Assembly: GCA_049701555.1 (NCBI GenBank)
Contig: JBNATO010000001.1
Span: forward strand, 12,380 to 40,131
Direction of reading: 5' to 3'
Source: Thermacetogeniaceae bacterium
Lineage (GTDB): Bacteria > Bacillota > DSM-12270 > Thermacetogeniales > Thermacetogeniaceae
Length of the DNA: 27,752 nt
Shown piece by piece: positions 1-10,305 of the stretch. The translations under genes were made by a program, and so were the position numbers. The notes beneath the pieces were generated by a model, which saw nothing but the letters and a program-made list of their open reading frames with translations, had not been told where the DNA came from and searched no databases. Position 1 is the stretch's first letter. Every line of letters starts with the position of its first letter.

Positions 1-292
1 CGTCGGAACACAAATTACGATCACATCAGCTTCCGAGAGCCACTCAAAGCCAGTGCTCGCCTTGATCTTCCCCTCCTGAACTAGTCTGAAGAATTCGGCA
101 TCGTTGACATCGCCAATATAGTTTTCTCCCCGGTTGATTTTTTCGGCCCGTACAGGGTTCTGCTCGATCCCTAAGACCTTGAAGCCAACCTTTGCCTTTT
201 CCACAGCAAGGGGAAGACCCACATAACCCAACCCAATCACAGAAACCAAAGCCGTCTTGTTAACGATTTTCTCCTTTAACCGAAGAGCGTGT

Positions 293-2299
<2,007 letters not shown>

Positions 2300-2404
2300 T
2301 AGGTAGGGGTCCTAGAACATAGTCTCTTTTATAGACGACCGAACAGAAATAATTCGACAGAAAGTCAAACGGTTCCTCCATTGCCAACGAATATCTGGGC
2401 TGCC

Positions 2405-3313
2405 TCAATTCTCATCCAAATTCAGGGGATTGCGGCGGAAATAATCAAGCGCAAAGGCAGCGAATGTCCCTACCATCAGGCCGAGCACCCCAGATACGGC
2501 AATGTTCAGCTTTTTGCGCGGACGAACCGGTGCCGCAGAAACCGAGGGTTCCTCAACTACCTCTATACCTTTGCTAGTATTCAGCACCTGCTCCAGCGAG
2601 AACTTTTTGTCCAGCAACTTATTCCGCTGCTCCTGAAAGCGTGACAGGGAATCCAAGAGTCTGGCTCGCTCCCATTCCATAGCCAAACCATCAGCAGTCT
2701 TCTCCATCTCCTCCAGGGCTTTTTTCGTGCTTTCGATATTTTTATCAAGTTCCTTAAGTTCTGCATCAATGCGCTTTAATTCGCCCTTTGTCAATTCCAT
2801 CTGCCTATCGAAGCCGCTTGCAGCCCTATGCTTAAAAACATCAACCAATTCATTCAAGATCTTCATCCCCACAACAGGATCGCCCGTTTCTATGGTTATC
2901 CGGACAAAATTAGTGTCCTTTACAGCCTCCGCTTTCAAGCCCTTTCTGCAATAACCGACCGTAGGGTTCGCCAAATCTAACCCCGCTTTTTCAACAGCTT
3001 CCCTGAATAGGTCGTCGCTCATCAACATCTCTTTTGCTGCAGCAGGTGATATAACATTCACTGTTTGGCCGTTGCTTGCAGTTACGCTGCCCAAAGAAAC
3101 CAATGACTTCACCTCGTACACAGGAGGCAACAAAAAAGAAACAACCGAGCTCACCACAACGGCTAATAAAAAGATGACAACGATTAGCTTCCTGTAACGC
3201 CATAGGGTAAGCAACAAGTCACGCAGGTCAATCTCCTCTTCATAACAAACGCTCTGCCCCGGAAGTGCGAACTGGTTCTCCCTCATCTGCTCCACAAAAA
3301 TCACCCCGTCCAA
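2405..3313 (-). CDS. Wzz/CapA-type polysaccharide chain-length determinant (co-polymerase)
   Basis: EEIDLRDLL followed by a TM helix, a central coiled coil, and C-terminal PVRPRKKLNIAVSGVLGLMVG TM helix. Start codon uncertain. Confidence 0.88.
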   Translation of the reverse strand: MDGVIFVEQMRENQFALPGQSVCYEEEIDLRDLLLTLWRYRKLIVVIFLLAVVVSSVVSFLLPPVYEVKSLVSLGSVTASNGQTVNVISPAAAKEMLMSDDLFREAVEKAGLDLANPTVGYCRKGLKAEAVKDTNFVRITIETGDPVVGMKILNELVDVFKHRAASGFDRQMELTKGELKRIDAELKELDKNIESTKKALEEMEKTADGLAMEWERARLLDSLSRFQEQRNKLLDKKFSLEQVLNTSKGIEVVEEPSVSAAPVRPRKKLNIAVSGVLGLMVGTFAAFALDYFRRNPLNLDEN

Positions 3314-3518
3314 AATCCAGCCTCAAGCAAATCCTTAATCCAAAAAATAGGACATTATGGTGCCACTGCCTGATATTTCTGCACAGTCTTTCAGAATTCT
3401 ACAGAATCCCAACTATTCCTTCTTTATCATCAAATAATTTATTCACGCAAGCGACTACAGACCTAGTCGGATTCGGGGGGTAGTCTTTTTTGACAAAAGC
3501 CGGCATGAAGCAGGGCGT

Positions 3519-4307
3519 TCACCTTCTCTTGCCGAAAAGCCTGCCGAGGAAGCCAGTCCTCGCCTCCCGGCAGGATGCGGAGATGTCCGGCGCAGCAGCG
3601 GGTATTTTGTCGCATCCCTGGAGAGCGGCCTCAGGGGCATCGCGCAAGAGTATCCCGGAGCCAGCCCCCAGCAGCTCCGCTGCCTTTCGAACGGCCTCCA
3701 GGCGCTTGCCGTTGCTGTGGGCGTCGCTCGCCACGAAGTGGACGAGCCCCTCTCTCAGCCAGCGGCATACAGCCCTTTGCTCCGCAGGGCCGAACAGGCC
3801 TGTGAGCGCGCCTGCGGTCACCTGCACGAGAGCGCCCCTCTCGACGATATCAGCAAGCAACCGCGGGCTCTCTCTAAAAAAGCTGTGGCGCTCCGGGTGA
3901 GCGATGACCGGCCTCACACCGCCCAGCTGCAGGCGGAAGAGGGTGTCAAGGGCGTAGGGCGGGAGCTCGTGCATCGGGAACTCCACGAGGAGGTACTTCC
4001 CGCTGTCTCCGAGGGTAACGAGTTCTCCGCGCTCGAGGCTCTCCGGGAGTTCGAGAGCGATCCGGCACTCGGAGCCGGGGTAGACTTCGAGGGGTATCTT
4101 CTCAGAGGCGAGCATCCTCCTGAGGCTGGCCACCGCATCGAGGATCGCCTCCCTGGTGTTCTCGTAGAGGCCGGGGAGCACGTGGGGCGTGGCGACAACC
4201 GCCGTGAAGCCTGCCCTGACGAGGGCCTCTGCCATCTCCAGGCTCTCCTCGACCGTCTCCGGCCCGTCGTCGAGCCCAGGGAGGATGTGGTTGTGGATGT
4301 CGATCAC
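3519..4307 (-). CDS. CpsB/CapC-family PHP-domain tyrosine-protein phosphatase
   Basis: MIDIHNHILPGLDDG, ATPH, IAHPERH and ASDAHS motifs. Confidence 0.92.
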   Translation of the reverse strand: MIDIHNHILPGLDDGPETVEESLEMAEALVRAGFTAVVATPHVLPGLYENTREAILDAVASLRRMLASEKIPLEVYPGSECRIALELPESLERGELVTLGDSGKYLLVEFPMHELPPYALDTLFRLQLGGVRPVIAHPERHSFFRESPRLLADIVERGALVQVTAGALTGLFGPAEQRAVCRWLREGLVHFVASDAHSNGKRLEAVRKAAELLGAGSGILLRDAPEAALQGCDKIPAAAPDISASCREARTGFLGRLFGKRR

Positions 4308-4441
4308 AGCTCATCTCCCCTGTCATTTTGTTCTTCAGAGGAGCTCAAAGCCCTGCTCAGCAAAGTGTTTATATTTATAGGTGGTTTTCATCATCGGCAT
4401 CGAGAACTGCTTAACTTGCTTCACTTAAACGGGGCCATTTC

Positions 4442-5515
4442 TTATTCTCTTTCCCAATCTCGCAAGACGTCACGAGCACACTGGTACGTCTCTCTGTCTA
4501 TTTTCCGCTTAGCAGCCACCAGCTCCCGCAAAACGGCCAGGGCTTCTTTCTTCCTCCCGATTTCTTTTAAAAAAAGGGCATACCGGTAGCGCCCGAAATG
4601 CCAGTCGGGGAGCGCCTGGAAAAGATTCTGAAACTCTTGTTCGGCCTCCTTTACTCTCCCCATCAGGGCCAGCAGGTCCGCCTTATCGGCCCAGAAATTT
4701 CCTTTCTCCTCATCGCTTTCAGACAGAGCGATCAGCCTTTCGGTTACCGAAATCCCGTCTCTCCATAAGGGCTTGTTGTTCAAACAAAAAAGCTGCAGAT
4801 CCTCGAGGGCGTTCTTTAACCACTTGCCGCCCTGGTAACTCTCAGCCAGCGCCACATTTTCTTCTAAACACCGCCTGGCGCCCTGAATGTCCCCATTCTC
4901 CTCCAAATAGCGGGCGATGTGCACGCGGTTTTCCAGCTGCATGATGGGGTCCAAGGGGTCTCTGACGATCAACTCAGGTGGGCCGAAGATATAAGCTCCT
5001 GTTCCTAGAGAAAGAAGCCCTGCCATTTTGCTGATTTGGAAATTTTCCGGCGCTTTGCCACAGCATTTCTTGAACTTAAGCCCGCTGCCACAGGGGCAGG
5101 GATCATTTCTTCCCACACCGCTCACGTCGGCCCCGAGAAAGTTAAGCTGGCACCTATATCTTTCTTTGTCAAATGCTTTTTTCTGAGAGAAGGCTTCGTA
5201 AAAAAATTCAATAAATAACCTGGTAACGCAACCACGGGCCGCATGTCTGCTCAGGCCTTTGCCCTCCAGCCTTTCAACCGCTCTTTTCACCTCCGGAATT
5301 TCCGGGTCATGGAGCTGATTTTCCACAGCTCCTTCCAAAAGAACGTGAAGGATGGGATTCACTCCGTTGATCTCTATTGAGGACGGAAGCTTGTGGCGTC
5401 TCTCAAAAAGTATTTTGACTTCGGGGTGCTCATTTAAAACGGTCTCCACCCCAGCGTCCATCTCATCTGTACCGAACCCATCCAAACCAAACGGATTGTT
5501 CTTACCCTTAGCCAT
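4442..5515 (-). CDS. SEC-C motif protein with a DUF1841-like N-terminal domain and a C-terminal TPR-like helical region
   Basis: GRNDPCPCGSGLKFKKCCG is a clear SEC-C motif. NPILHVLLEGAVENQL...LSRHAA recalls DUF1841. The helical C-terminus is A/L-patterned. RBS GAGGAG upstream. Confidence 0.7.
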   Translation of the reverse strand: MAKGKNNPFGLDGFGTDEMDAGVETVLNEHPEVKILFERRHKLPSSIEINGVNPILHVLLEGAVENQLHDPEIPEVKRAVERLEGKGLSRHAARGCVTRLFIEFFYEAFSQKKAFDKERYRCQLNFLGADVSGVGRNDPCPCGSGLKFKKCCGKAPENFQISKMAGLLSLGTGAYIFGPPELIVRDPLDPIMQLENRVHIARYLEENGDIQGARRCLEENVALAESYQGGKWLKNALEDLQLFCLNNKPLWRDGISVTERLIALSESDEEKGNFWADKADLLALMGRVKEAEQEFQNLFQALPDWHFGRYRYALFLKEIGRKKEALAVLRELVAAKRKIDRETYQCARDVLRDWERE

Positions 5516-5833
5516 GGCAATCGCTCCTCACAGAAAAATAATGTAATGTTATGTTCTCCCCTCAATTCCGGGATGTTGTTCCGCATCCAAATGAAGGCTT
5601 ATCGCCTGATGCTGACCCTGTCTGACAGCTTCTACCGGTTTCCGTTGAGGGATAAACCGTTTCCCTAGACATCCTGAGCCGATCCTCTATGAAGGCCTTC
5701 TCAGCCTGCTGCAAACCTCCTAGGCTTTAAGGTTGCGCCCCTTTAACTACATTTTACATTATAGCCTGCAGATGAACAGATAGGCATCAAAGAAATTTTA
5801 GGGATTCTAGGATGCCCCTTTGGAACGGAGAAC

Positions 5834-5842
5834 TGGTATACT
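5834..5842 (+). promoter_or_regulatory. Possible extended -10 element (TGgTATACT) for the gerMN-fnr transcript
   Basis: TG-N-TATACT about 50 bp upstream of ATG 5894; no good -35. Confidence 0.3.
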
Positions 5843-5893
5843 GGTATCAGAAACAGCGGGTGCCGCAGGCACCTGCCGAAGGGGGAGTTTGTA

Positions 5894-6466
5894 ATGTCTT
5901 CAAGGAAAATGCATACCGGGCTAGAAACCGCGGCGCTGCGGGCGGCGGCGCTCCTGGCAGCCCTAATGCTTCTGCTCACAGCCGCAGGATGCGGCTTCGG
6001 GGGGAAGAAGGAGCCAGCCCCAAGCTCGCAGAAGAAGGCTGAAGCCCGCCAGACGGTGACCCTCTACTTCTCCGATAACGAGGCGATGTACCTCATCCCC
6101 GAGGAGCGGGAGGTCACCCCGGGGGACAGGCAGCTCGCAGAGGTGGTCGTGGAGGAGCTGATCAAGGGGCCGAAGAGCCCCGGGCTGAGCAGGACGATAC
6201 CCCCTGAGGCCAGGCTGCTGGGGGTGAAGGTGGAGAACGGCGTGGCCTACGTGGACTTCTCCAAGGAGATCCAGACAAAGCACTGGGGAGGCTCTGCGGG
6301 TGAGGCGATGACGATCTTCTCAGTCGTCAACTCCCTGGCACGCCTGCCCGGGATCGAAAGGGTGCAGTTCCTGGTCGAGGGGAAGGTCCCGGAGAGCCTC
6401 GTCGGCCATGCCGACACAATGCAGCCGATCGCCCCGAACTGGAGTCTCGTAAAACAGAGAGGGTGA
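5894..6466 (+). CDS. GerMN-domain lipoprotein (sporulation/germination domain)
   Basis: Signal peptide with lipobox LTAAGC; TLYF, ELIKGP, VAYVDFS, SVVNSL, VQFLVEG motifs. Confidence 0.88.
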   Translation: MSSRKMHTGLETAALRAAALLAALMLLLTAAGCGFGGKKEPAPSSQKKAEARQTVTLYFSDNEAMYLIPEEREVTPGDRQLAEVVVEELIKGPKSPGLSRTIPPEARLLGVKVENGVAYVDFSKEIQTKHWGGSAGEAMTIFSVVNSLARLPGIERVQFLVEGKVPESLVGHADTMQPIAPNWSLVKQRG

Positions 6467-6470
6467 TGCC

Positions 6471-7175
6471 ATGGCCGCCTGCCTCTGTGCGGGGTGTGCC
6501 CTCTGGAGGCCCGATGCCCCTCCCAGAGAGGAACGCCTCTTAAAGGAGCTCGACCTGATCTCCAGCCGCCGCCATTTTCTCAAAGGGGATACCATCTTTT
6601 CCTCAGAAGACGTCTGCGACAGGGCTATCATCCTGCGCTCCGGAGCAGCGAAGCTTTTTCACCAAAGCGCTCAAGGGAAGGAGCTGGTCGTCACCATCGC
6701 CACTCCGGGCGACGTGATCTGCCTCCCCAAGAGGAGAGGGGAGAAGTTCGGGATCAACGCCGCGGCCCTCACGGAAGGGGAGTATTGCGCCCTCACCCGG
6801 GAGAGGCTCTCGTTTCTCTTCACCCGCTTCCCAAGCATCGGGGTCTTTCTCCTGGAGCAGGCCCAGCGCCTGCTCTCCCGGGCCTATGCCGCAATGGAGA
6901 GGCTCGCCTTCCTGAGGGCCGAAGAGCGCCTGGCAGCGGCGATCCTGGATCTCGCCCGGAACGCCGGGGAGGTTGCCCAAGAGGGGATCGCTGTAACCAT
7001 CCCCCTGAACCTGAGCGTACTCGCCGGGCTGAGCGGGGTCGTCCCGGAGACAGCGGCGCGCCTCCTGGCCAGCTGGAAAAGAGAAGGGGCGATCGCCTTC
7101 AAGAGGAAAAGGCTCGTCCTCAGAGAGCCTTCCATCATATCGGGGATCCTAGAAGGCAAACACCTCAAAAATTGA
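6471..7175 (+). CDS. Crp/Fnr-family transcriptional regulator with N-terminal Cys cluster
   Basis: cNMP-type domain (KGDTIF, GKELVV, PGDVI), RLAAAILDL helix, HTH GVVPETAARLL; N-terminal CLCAGC. Confidence 0.88.
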   Translation: MAACLCAGCALWRPDAPPREERLLKELDLISSRRHFLKGDTIFSSEDVCDRAIILRSGAAKLFHQSAQGKELVVTIATPGDVICLPKRRGEKFGINAAALTEGEYCALTRERLSFLFTRFPSIGVFLLEQAQRLLSRAYAAMERLAFLRAEERLAAAILDLARNAGEVAQEGIAVTIPLNLSVLAGLSGVVPETAARLLASWKREGAIAFKRKRLVLREPSIISGILEGKHLKN

Positions 7176-7185
7176 TCGCGATCAT
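7172..7185 (+). promoter_or_regulatory. FNR-type binding box TTGAT-CGCG-ATCAT
   Basis: 9/10 match to TTGAT-N4-ATCAA. Centred 41.5 bp upstream of the start site implied by TATAAT at 7208-7213. Confidence 0.72.
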
Positions 7186-7207
7186 GTTTTTGCCCCTCCC
7201 CAGCGCC

Positions 7208-7213
7208 TATAAT
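7208..7213 (+). promoter_or_regulatory. -10 element (TATAAT) of the reductase-domain gene
   Basis: Perfect TATAAT 27 bp before ATG 7240. No consensus -35, as expected for an activator-dependent class II promoter. Confidence 0.65.
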
Positions 7214-7239
7214 CGAAGAAAAAACGGGGAGGGGAAATC

Positions 7240-7896
7240 ATGTCGGAAGCGCCGAGGGGCGCGGTTCTACAGAGGGACAAGGCCACTTACGCCATCATCC
7301 CGAAGCTGCCGGGGGGTCTCATCACGCCTGAGGTCCTGAGGAAGATCGCCGACGTGGCAGAGAAGTACAAGATACCTGTGCTCAAGATCACCGGAGCCCA
7401 GAGGATCGCCCTGGTCGGCCTCAAGCCCGAGGATGTGGAGGCCGTCTGGCAGGAGCTGGGGATGGAGCCTGCCCCCGCCGTGGGGAAGGTCGTGCGCAGC
7501 GTCAAGGTCTGCCCGGGGACTGCCGCCTGCAAGCTCGCCCAGCAGGACTCCCTCGGGCTCGGGCTCAAGCTCGACGAAAAGTTCCTGGGGATGGAGCTCC
7601 CCTCTAAGTTCAAGTTCGGGATCTCGGGCTGCCCCAACAACTGCGCCGAGGGCTGGGTGAAGGACTTCGGAGCCTTCGGGCGTGCCAATGGCTTCACTGT
7701 CGTGGTGGGGGGCAACGTAGGGGCGAAGCCGCGGCTCGCCCAGGTGCTCGCCGAGGACTTAAGCGCTGACGAGGTGATCGCACTCGCCGAGAAGGTGCTC
7801 AGCGTCTACAAGGAAAAGGCGAGCTCAGGCGAGAGATTCGGGAAGTTCCTGGAACGCATCGGCTTCGAGGAGTTCAAAAGGCTCGTTACGGGCTGA
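7240..7896 (+). CDS. Stand-alone nitrite/sulfite reductase domain protein (NIR_SIR ferredoxin-like half plus siroheme-[4Fe-4S] domain)
   Basis: IIPKLPGGLIT, LKITGAQRI, CPGTAAC and GISGCPNNCAE (four siroheme/cluster Cys), ERFGKFLERIG. RBS GGGAGG. Confidence 0.88.
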   Translation: MSEAPRGAVLQRDKATYAIIPKLPGGLITPEVLRKIADVAEKYKIPVLKITGAQRIALVGLKPEDVEAVWQELGMEPAPAVGKVVRSVKVCPGTAACKLAQQDSLGLGLKLDEKFLGMELPSKFKFGISGCPNNCAEGWVKDFGAFGRANGFTVVVGGNVGAKPRLAQVLAEDLSADEVIALAEKVLSVYKEKASSGERFGKFLERIGFEEFKRLVTG

Positions 7897-7912
7897 GGCT
7901 AAACCTCAGCCC
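7890..7912. terminator. Hairpin between convergent genes, probable terminator
   Basis: GGGCTGAGG-ctaaa-CCTCAGCCC, 9-bp stem, followed by TTCT on plus; lies between the stops at 7896 and 7922. Confidence 0.65.
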
Positions 7913-7921
7913 TTCTGTATA

Positions 7922-10084
7922 TCAGCAGGCATCTGAGGGCTTTTCCGCCGGGAGCAGGAGGTAGAAGGTGCTCCCCTTGCCGAGCTCGCTCTCCACTTCG
8001 AGCCTCCCCCCGTGCCTCTCCGCGATCATTCTGGAGATGCAGAGGCCGAGGCCGGTCCCCTTTCGCTTGGTGGTGTAGAAGGGCATGAAGATCTTCTCCC
8101 TGTCCTCATCTTTTATGCCGCAGCCGCTATCCCTGACGGCGATGAACACATAGCGATCGCGTCGGCCGGTGTAGATCCTGATGACGCGCTCATTTTTCCC
8201 CTCAACGGCATCCCGGGCATTGAGGAGCAGATTGATCAAAACCTGCTCCAGCTGCTGCTTGCTCCCCAAAGCCCTCAGCCCCGGTTCACACGACTCCTTG
8301 ATGATGCGCACGCGCGAGCTCTCGATCTGATGGGCGACCAGATCCAAGGCTGCGTCGATGACGTCCTGGATCTCGATGCTCTCGAAGTTGTACTCTTCCT
8401 GCCGTGCAAAGGTGCAGAGGTTCTGGATGATACTCTTGCAGCGCTCGCCGCACGACCTGATCCCCTCCATCAGCTGCCTCGCTCTCTCCGGCGTGAGATC
8501 AGGCCAGCTTTGCAGCAAAATCAAGGCATTCCCGATGATGGCCGTGAGGGGGCTGTTGAGCTCGTGGGCGACGCCAGCGGCCAGCTCTCCGATGGCGGCG
8601 AGCTTGGCAGACTGTACGATCTGCGCCTCCAACGCCACCCTCTCTGTGACATCGTGGACAACGCAGACGACCTCACGCACCTTTCTCCTCTCATCGAAAA
8701 TGGGGTGAGCGGCGAACTCGAACACCAGACCGTCCGAAGTATGGAGGCGCCACTCGTTAGACCTCCCCTTCAAGAACACATCTCTTATCTGACAAACCTT
8801 GCAGCTCTCCTGCTCTCGGAAACAGAACCTCTCCCCGACCTCCAGCCGCCGCTTCCAAGGGGTATCGAAGGGCTTGTTAAACCTGACGAGGCGGCAACGG
8901 CGGTCGACCACCAACAGGATATCTGTGGTGGCGTTGAACGTGGCCAGCCACTCAGCCTTTGCCTTTTCCTCCTCTCTGTAGAGCCTGACGTTCTCCAAGC
9001 ACAGGGCCAGCTGGTCTCCCACCTTTTGCAAAAAAGAGATATCCTCCTGGGTAAACCTCTGGGGATGGGATCTTGCCAAACACATCAGAGCGACCACTTC
9101 CCCCTTGATGCTCAAGGGTACCGCCAAAACCTGGTAACTGCGGCCCTGCTTATCCCCCGTCTGGATGCAGCAGACCTTTTTCCCTTTTACCGCATCCCTG
9201 TAGATCCTGCTCCATAGCCTTCCCAGCTGGAGTTCTGAGGCTCTCAGCCGACCGGGAGAACATGCCCTTTCAACAGTTCTCCCTTTCTCGATGAGATTGA
9301 TGCTCAGGTAATCAAAAGAGAGCATTTTTCTCAGAATCCTTTTGGTCTTTTCCAGAATCTCCCTCAGAGGCATCCCCACACTGATCTCTTTGGATATCTG
9401 GTTGATCGCTTCCAGCTGGCTGTTGGCGTACTCCATCTCCTCGAGGAGCGCTGTCACGACCTTATAGCTGTTCTCCCACTTCTCGCGCAGCATCGCTTCT
9501 TCTTGATAGAGCTTGGCGTTTTCGATGATCAGGCCGAGGTGATCCGCCACCTGCTGCAGATATTGGCCGTCCTTGGCGGAATAGGCGTTCTTCAGCCTGC
9601 TGCCGAGGTTCAGCGTCCCCAGCACGCTCTTCCTCGATCTCAACGGAACGATGATAAACGACCTGATGCCGTACTCCAGAAGCCCTGCCGCATAAACCCC
9701 TCCATCGGCCTGGATATCAGACTTGATTGAAAGCTGCCCCCTCCTCACCACCTGCCACGACCAGGAGCGGCTGCGGTCGAGGACAGTCCCCTTTCCGAGC
9801 ACCGGCGCGTCCTCCGGCAGAGCGGTTTTCACGATCAGGTCGCCGTCCTCCAGGAGGCAGAGGTTGAGAAGGTCATAGTCGATCAGGCGCCTGAGCTTTC
9901 TTCCCACGTCGCACATGATCTCATCGAAGCTCATATTCACCCTGATCGACCCGGCTATCTGATTGAGGATCTCCAGCTGCAGAATCTTCTCGCTGAGCTC
10001 AGCGAGCTCCACGTATTTATCAGGGAGCAAAGCCTCCCCCGCCTTGAGATCGGCTGAGGCACCAGTGCCTTCCTTATGCAGCAT
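7922..10084 (-). CDS. Cytoplasmic sensor histidine kinase (GAF-GAF-PAS-HisKA-HATPase, NtrB-like)
   Basis: H-box GVAHELNSPL, N-box QVLINLLLNARDA, DSGCGI, FMPFYTTK, GTGLGL. Two homologous GAF blocks, no TM segment. Start at ATG 10084 or GTG 10117. Confidence 0.9.
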   Translation of the reverse strand: MLHKEGTGASADLKAGEALLPDKYVELAELSEKILQLEILNQIAGSIRVNMSFDEIMCDVGRKLRRLIDYDLLNLCLLEDGDLIVKTALPEDAPVLGKGTVLDRSRSWSWQVVRRGQLSIKSDIQADGGVYAAGLLEYGIRSFIIVPLRSRKSVLGTLNLGSRLKNAYSAKDGQYLQQVADHLGLIIENAKLYQEEAMLREKWENSYKVVTALLEEMEYANSQLEAINQISKEISVGMPLREILEKTKRILRKMLSFDYLSINLIEKGRTVERACSPGRLRASELQLGRLWSRIYRDAVKGKKVCCIQTGDKQGRSYQVLAVPLSIKGEVVALMCLARSHPQRFTQEDISFLQKVGDQLALCLENVRLYREEEKAKAEWLATFNATTDILLVVDRRCRLVRFNKPFDTPWKRRLEVGERFCFREQESCKVCQIRDVFLKGRSNEWRLHTSDGLVFEFAAHPIFDERRKVREVVCVVHDVTERVALEAQIVQSAKLAAIGELAAGVAHELNSPLTAIIGNALILLQSWPDLTPERARQLMEGIRSCGERCKSIIQNLCTFARQEEYNFESIEIQDVIDAALDLVAHQIESSRVRIIKESCEPGLRALGSKQQLEQVLINLLLNARDAVEGKNERVIRIYTGRRDRYVFIAVRDSGCGIKDEDREKIFMPFYTTKRKGTGLGLCISRMIAERHGGRLEVESELGKGSTFYLLLPAEKPSDAC

Positions 10085-10226
10085 TACCAGACCCCCCAAA
10101 CCCCGAAGTGCCCTCACCTCTAGCTTAACTCCTCCGACCCGCTAAAACAAGCGGGCCAGCCATGGAGATTTTCTCCGGAGCTTAAAGGCACATCTGCACT
10201 CTACTCCCGCGCCCGGACAAAAAAGT

Positions 10227-10276
10227 AGGGAGAGCCTGTCCTTGAGGCCTCGGCCTAACGCGGACAGGCTCTCCCT
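10227..10276 (-). terminator. Rho-independent terminator of the GRE operon
   Basis: 15-bp perfect arms AGGGAGAGCCTGTCC (10227-10241) and GGACAGGCTCTCCCT (10262-10276), followed on minus by ACTTTTTT; about 30 bp after the stop at 10306. Confidence 0.8.
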
Positions 10277-10305
10277 GCAGAAAACCGCCGAAATCTTATG
10301 CTGCG

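Noticed and set aside
3350-3366. TGGCAC-CATAA-TGTCC (minus) as a sigma54 promoter for wzz
   Set aside because: The -12 element lacks the invariant GC.
3453-3491. GACTAC...GTAGTC-TTTTTT dyad and GGGGGTAG as a terminator or ops/JUMPstart element
   Set aside because: The stem is only 6 bp with a 20-nt loop, and both the T-run and the ops-like sequence are on the wrong strand for the minus-strand polysaccharide operon.
5563-5715. About 50-codon minus-strand ORF (MQQAEKAFIEDRLRMSRETVY...)
   Set aside because: GGAGG abuts the TTG with almost no spacer, and the weak HTH-like resemblance is not sustained.
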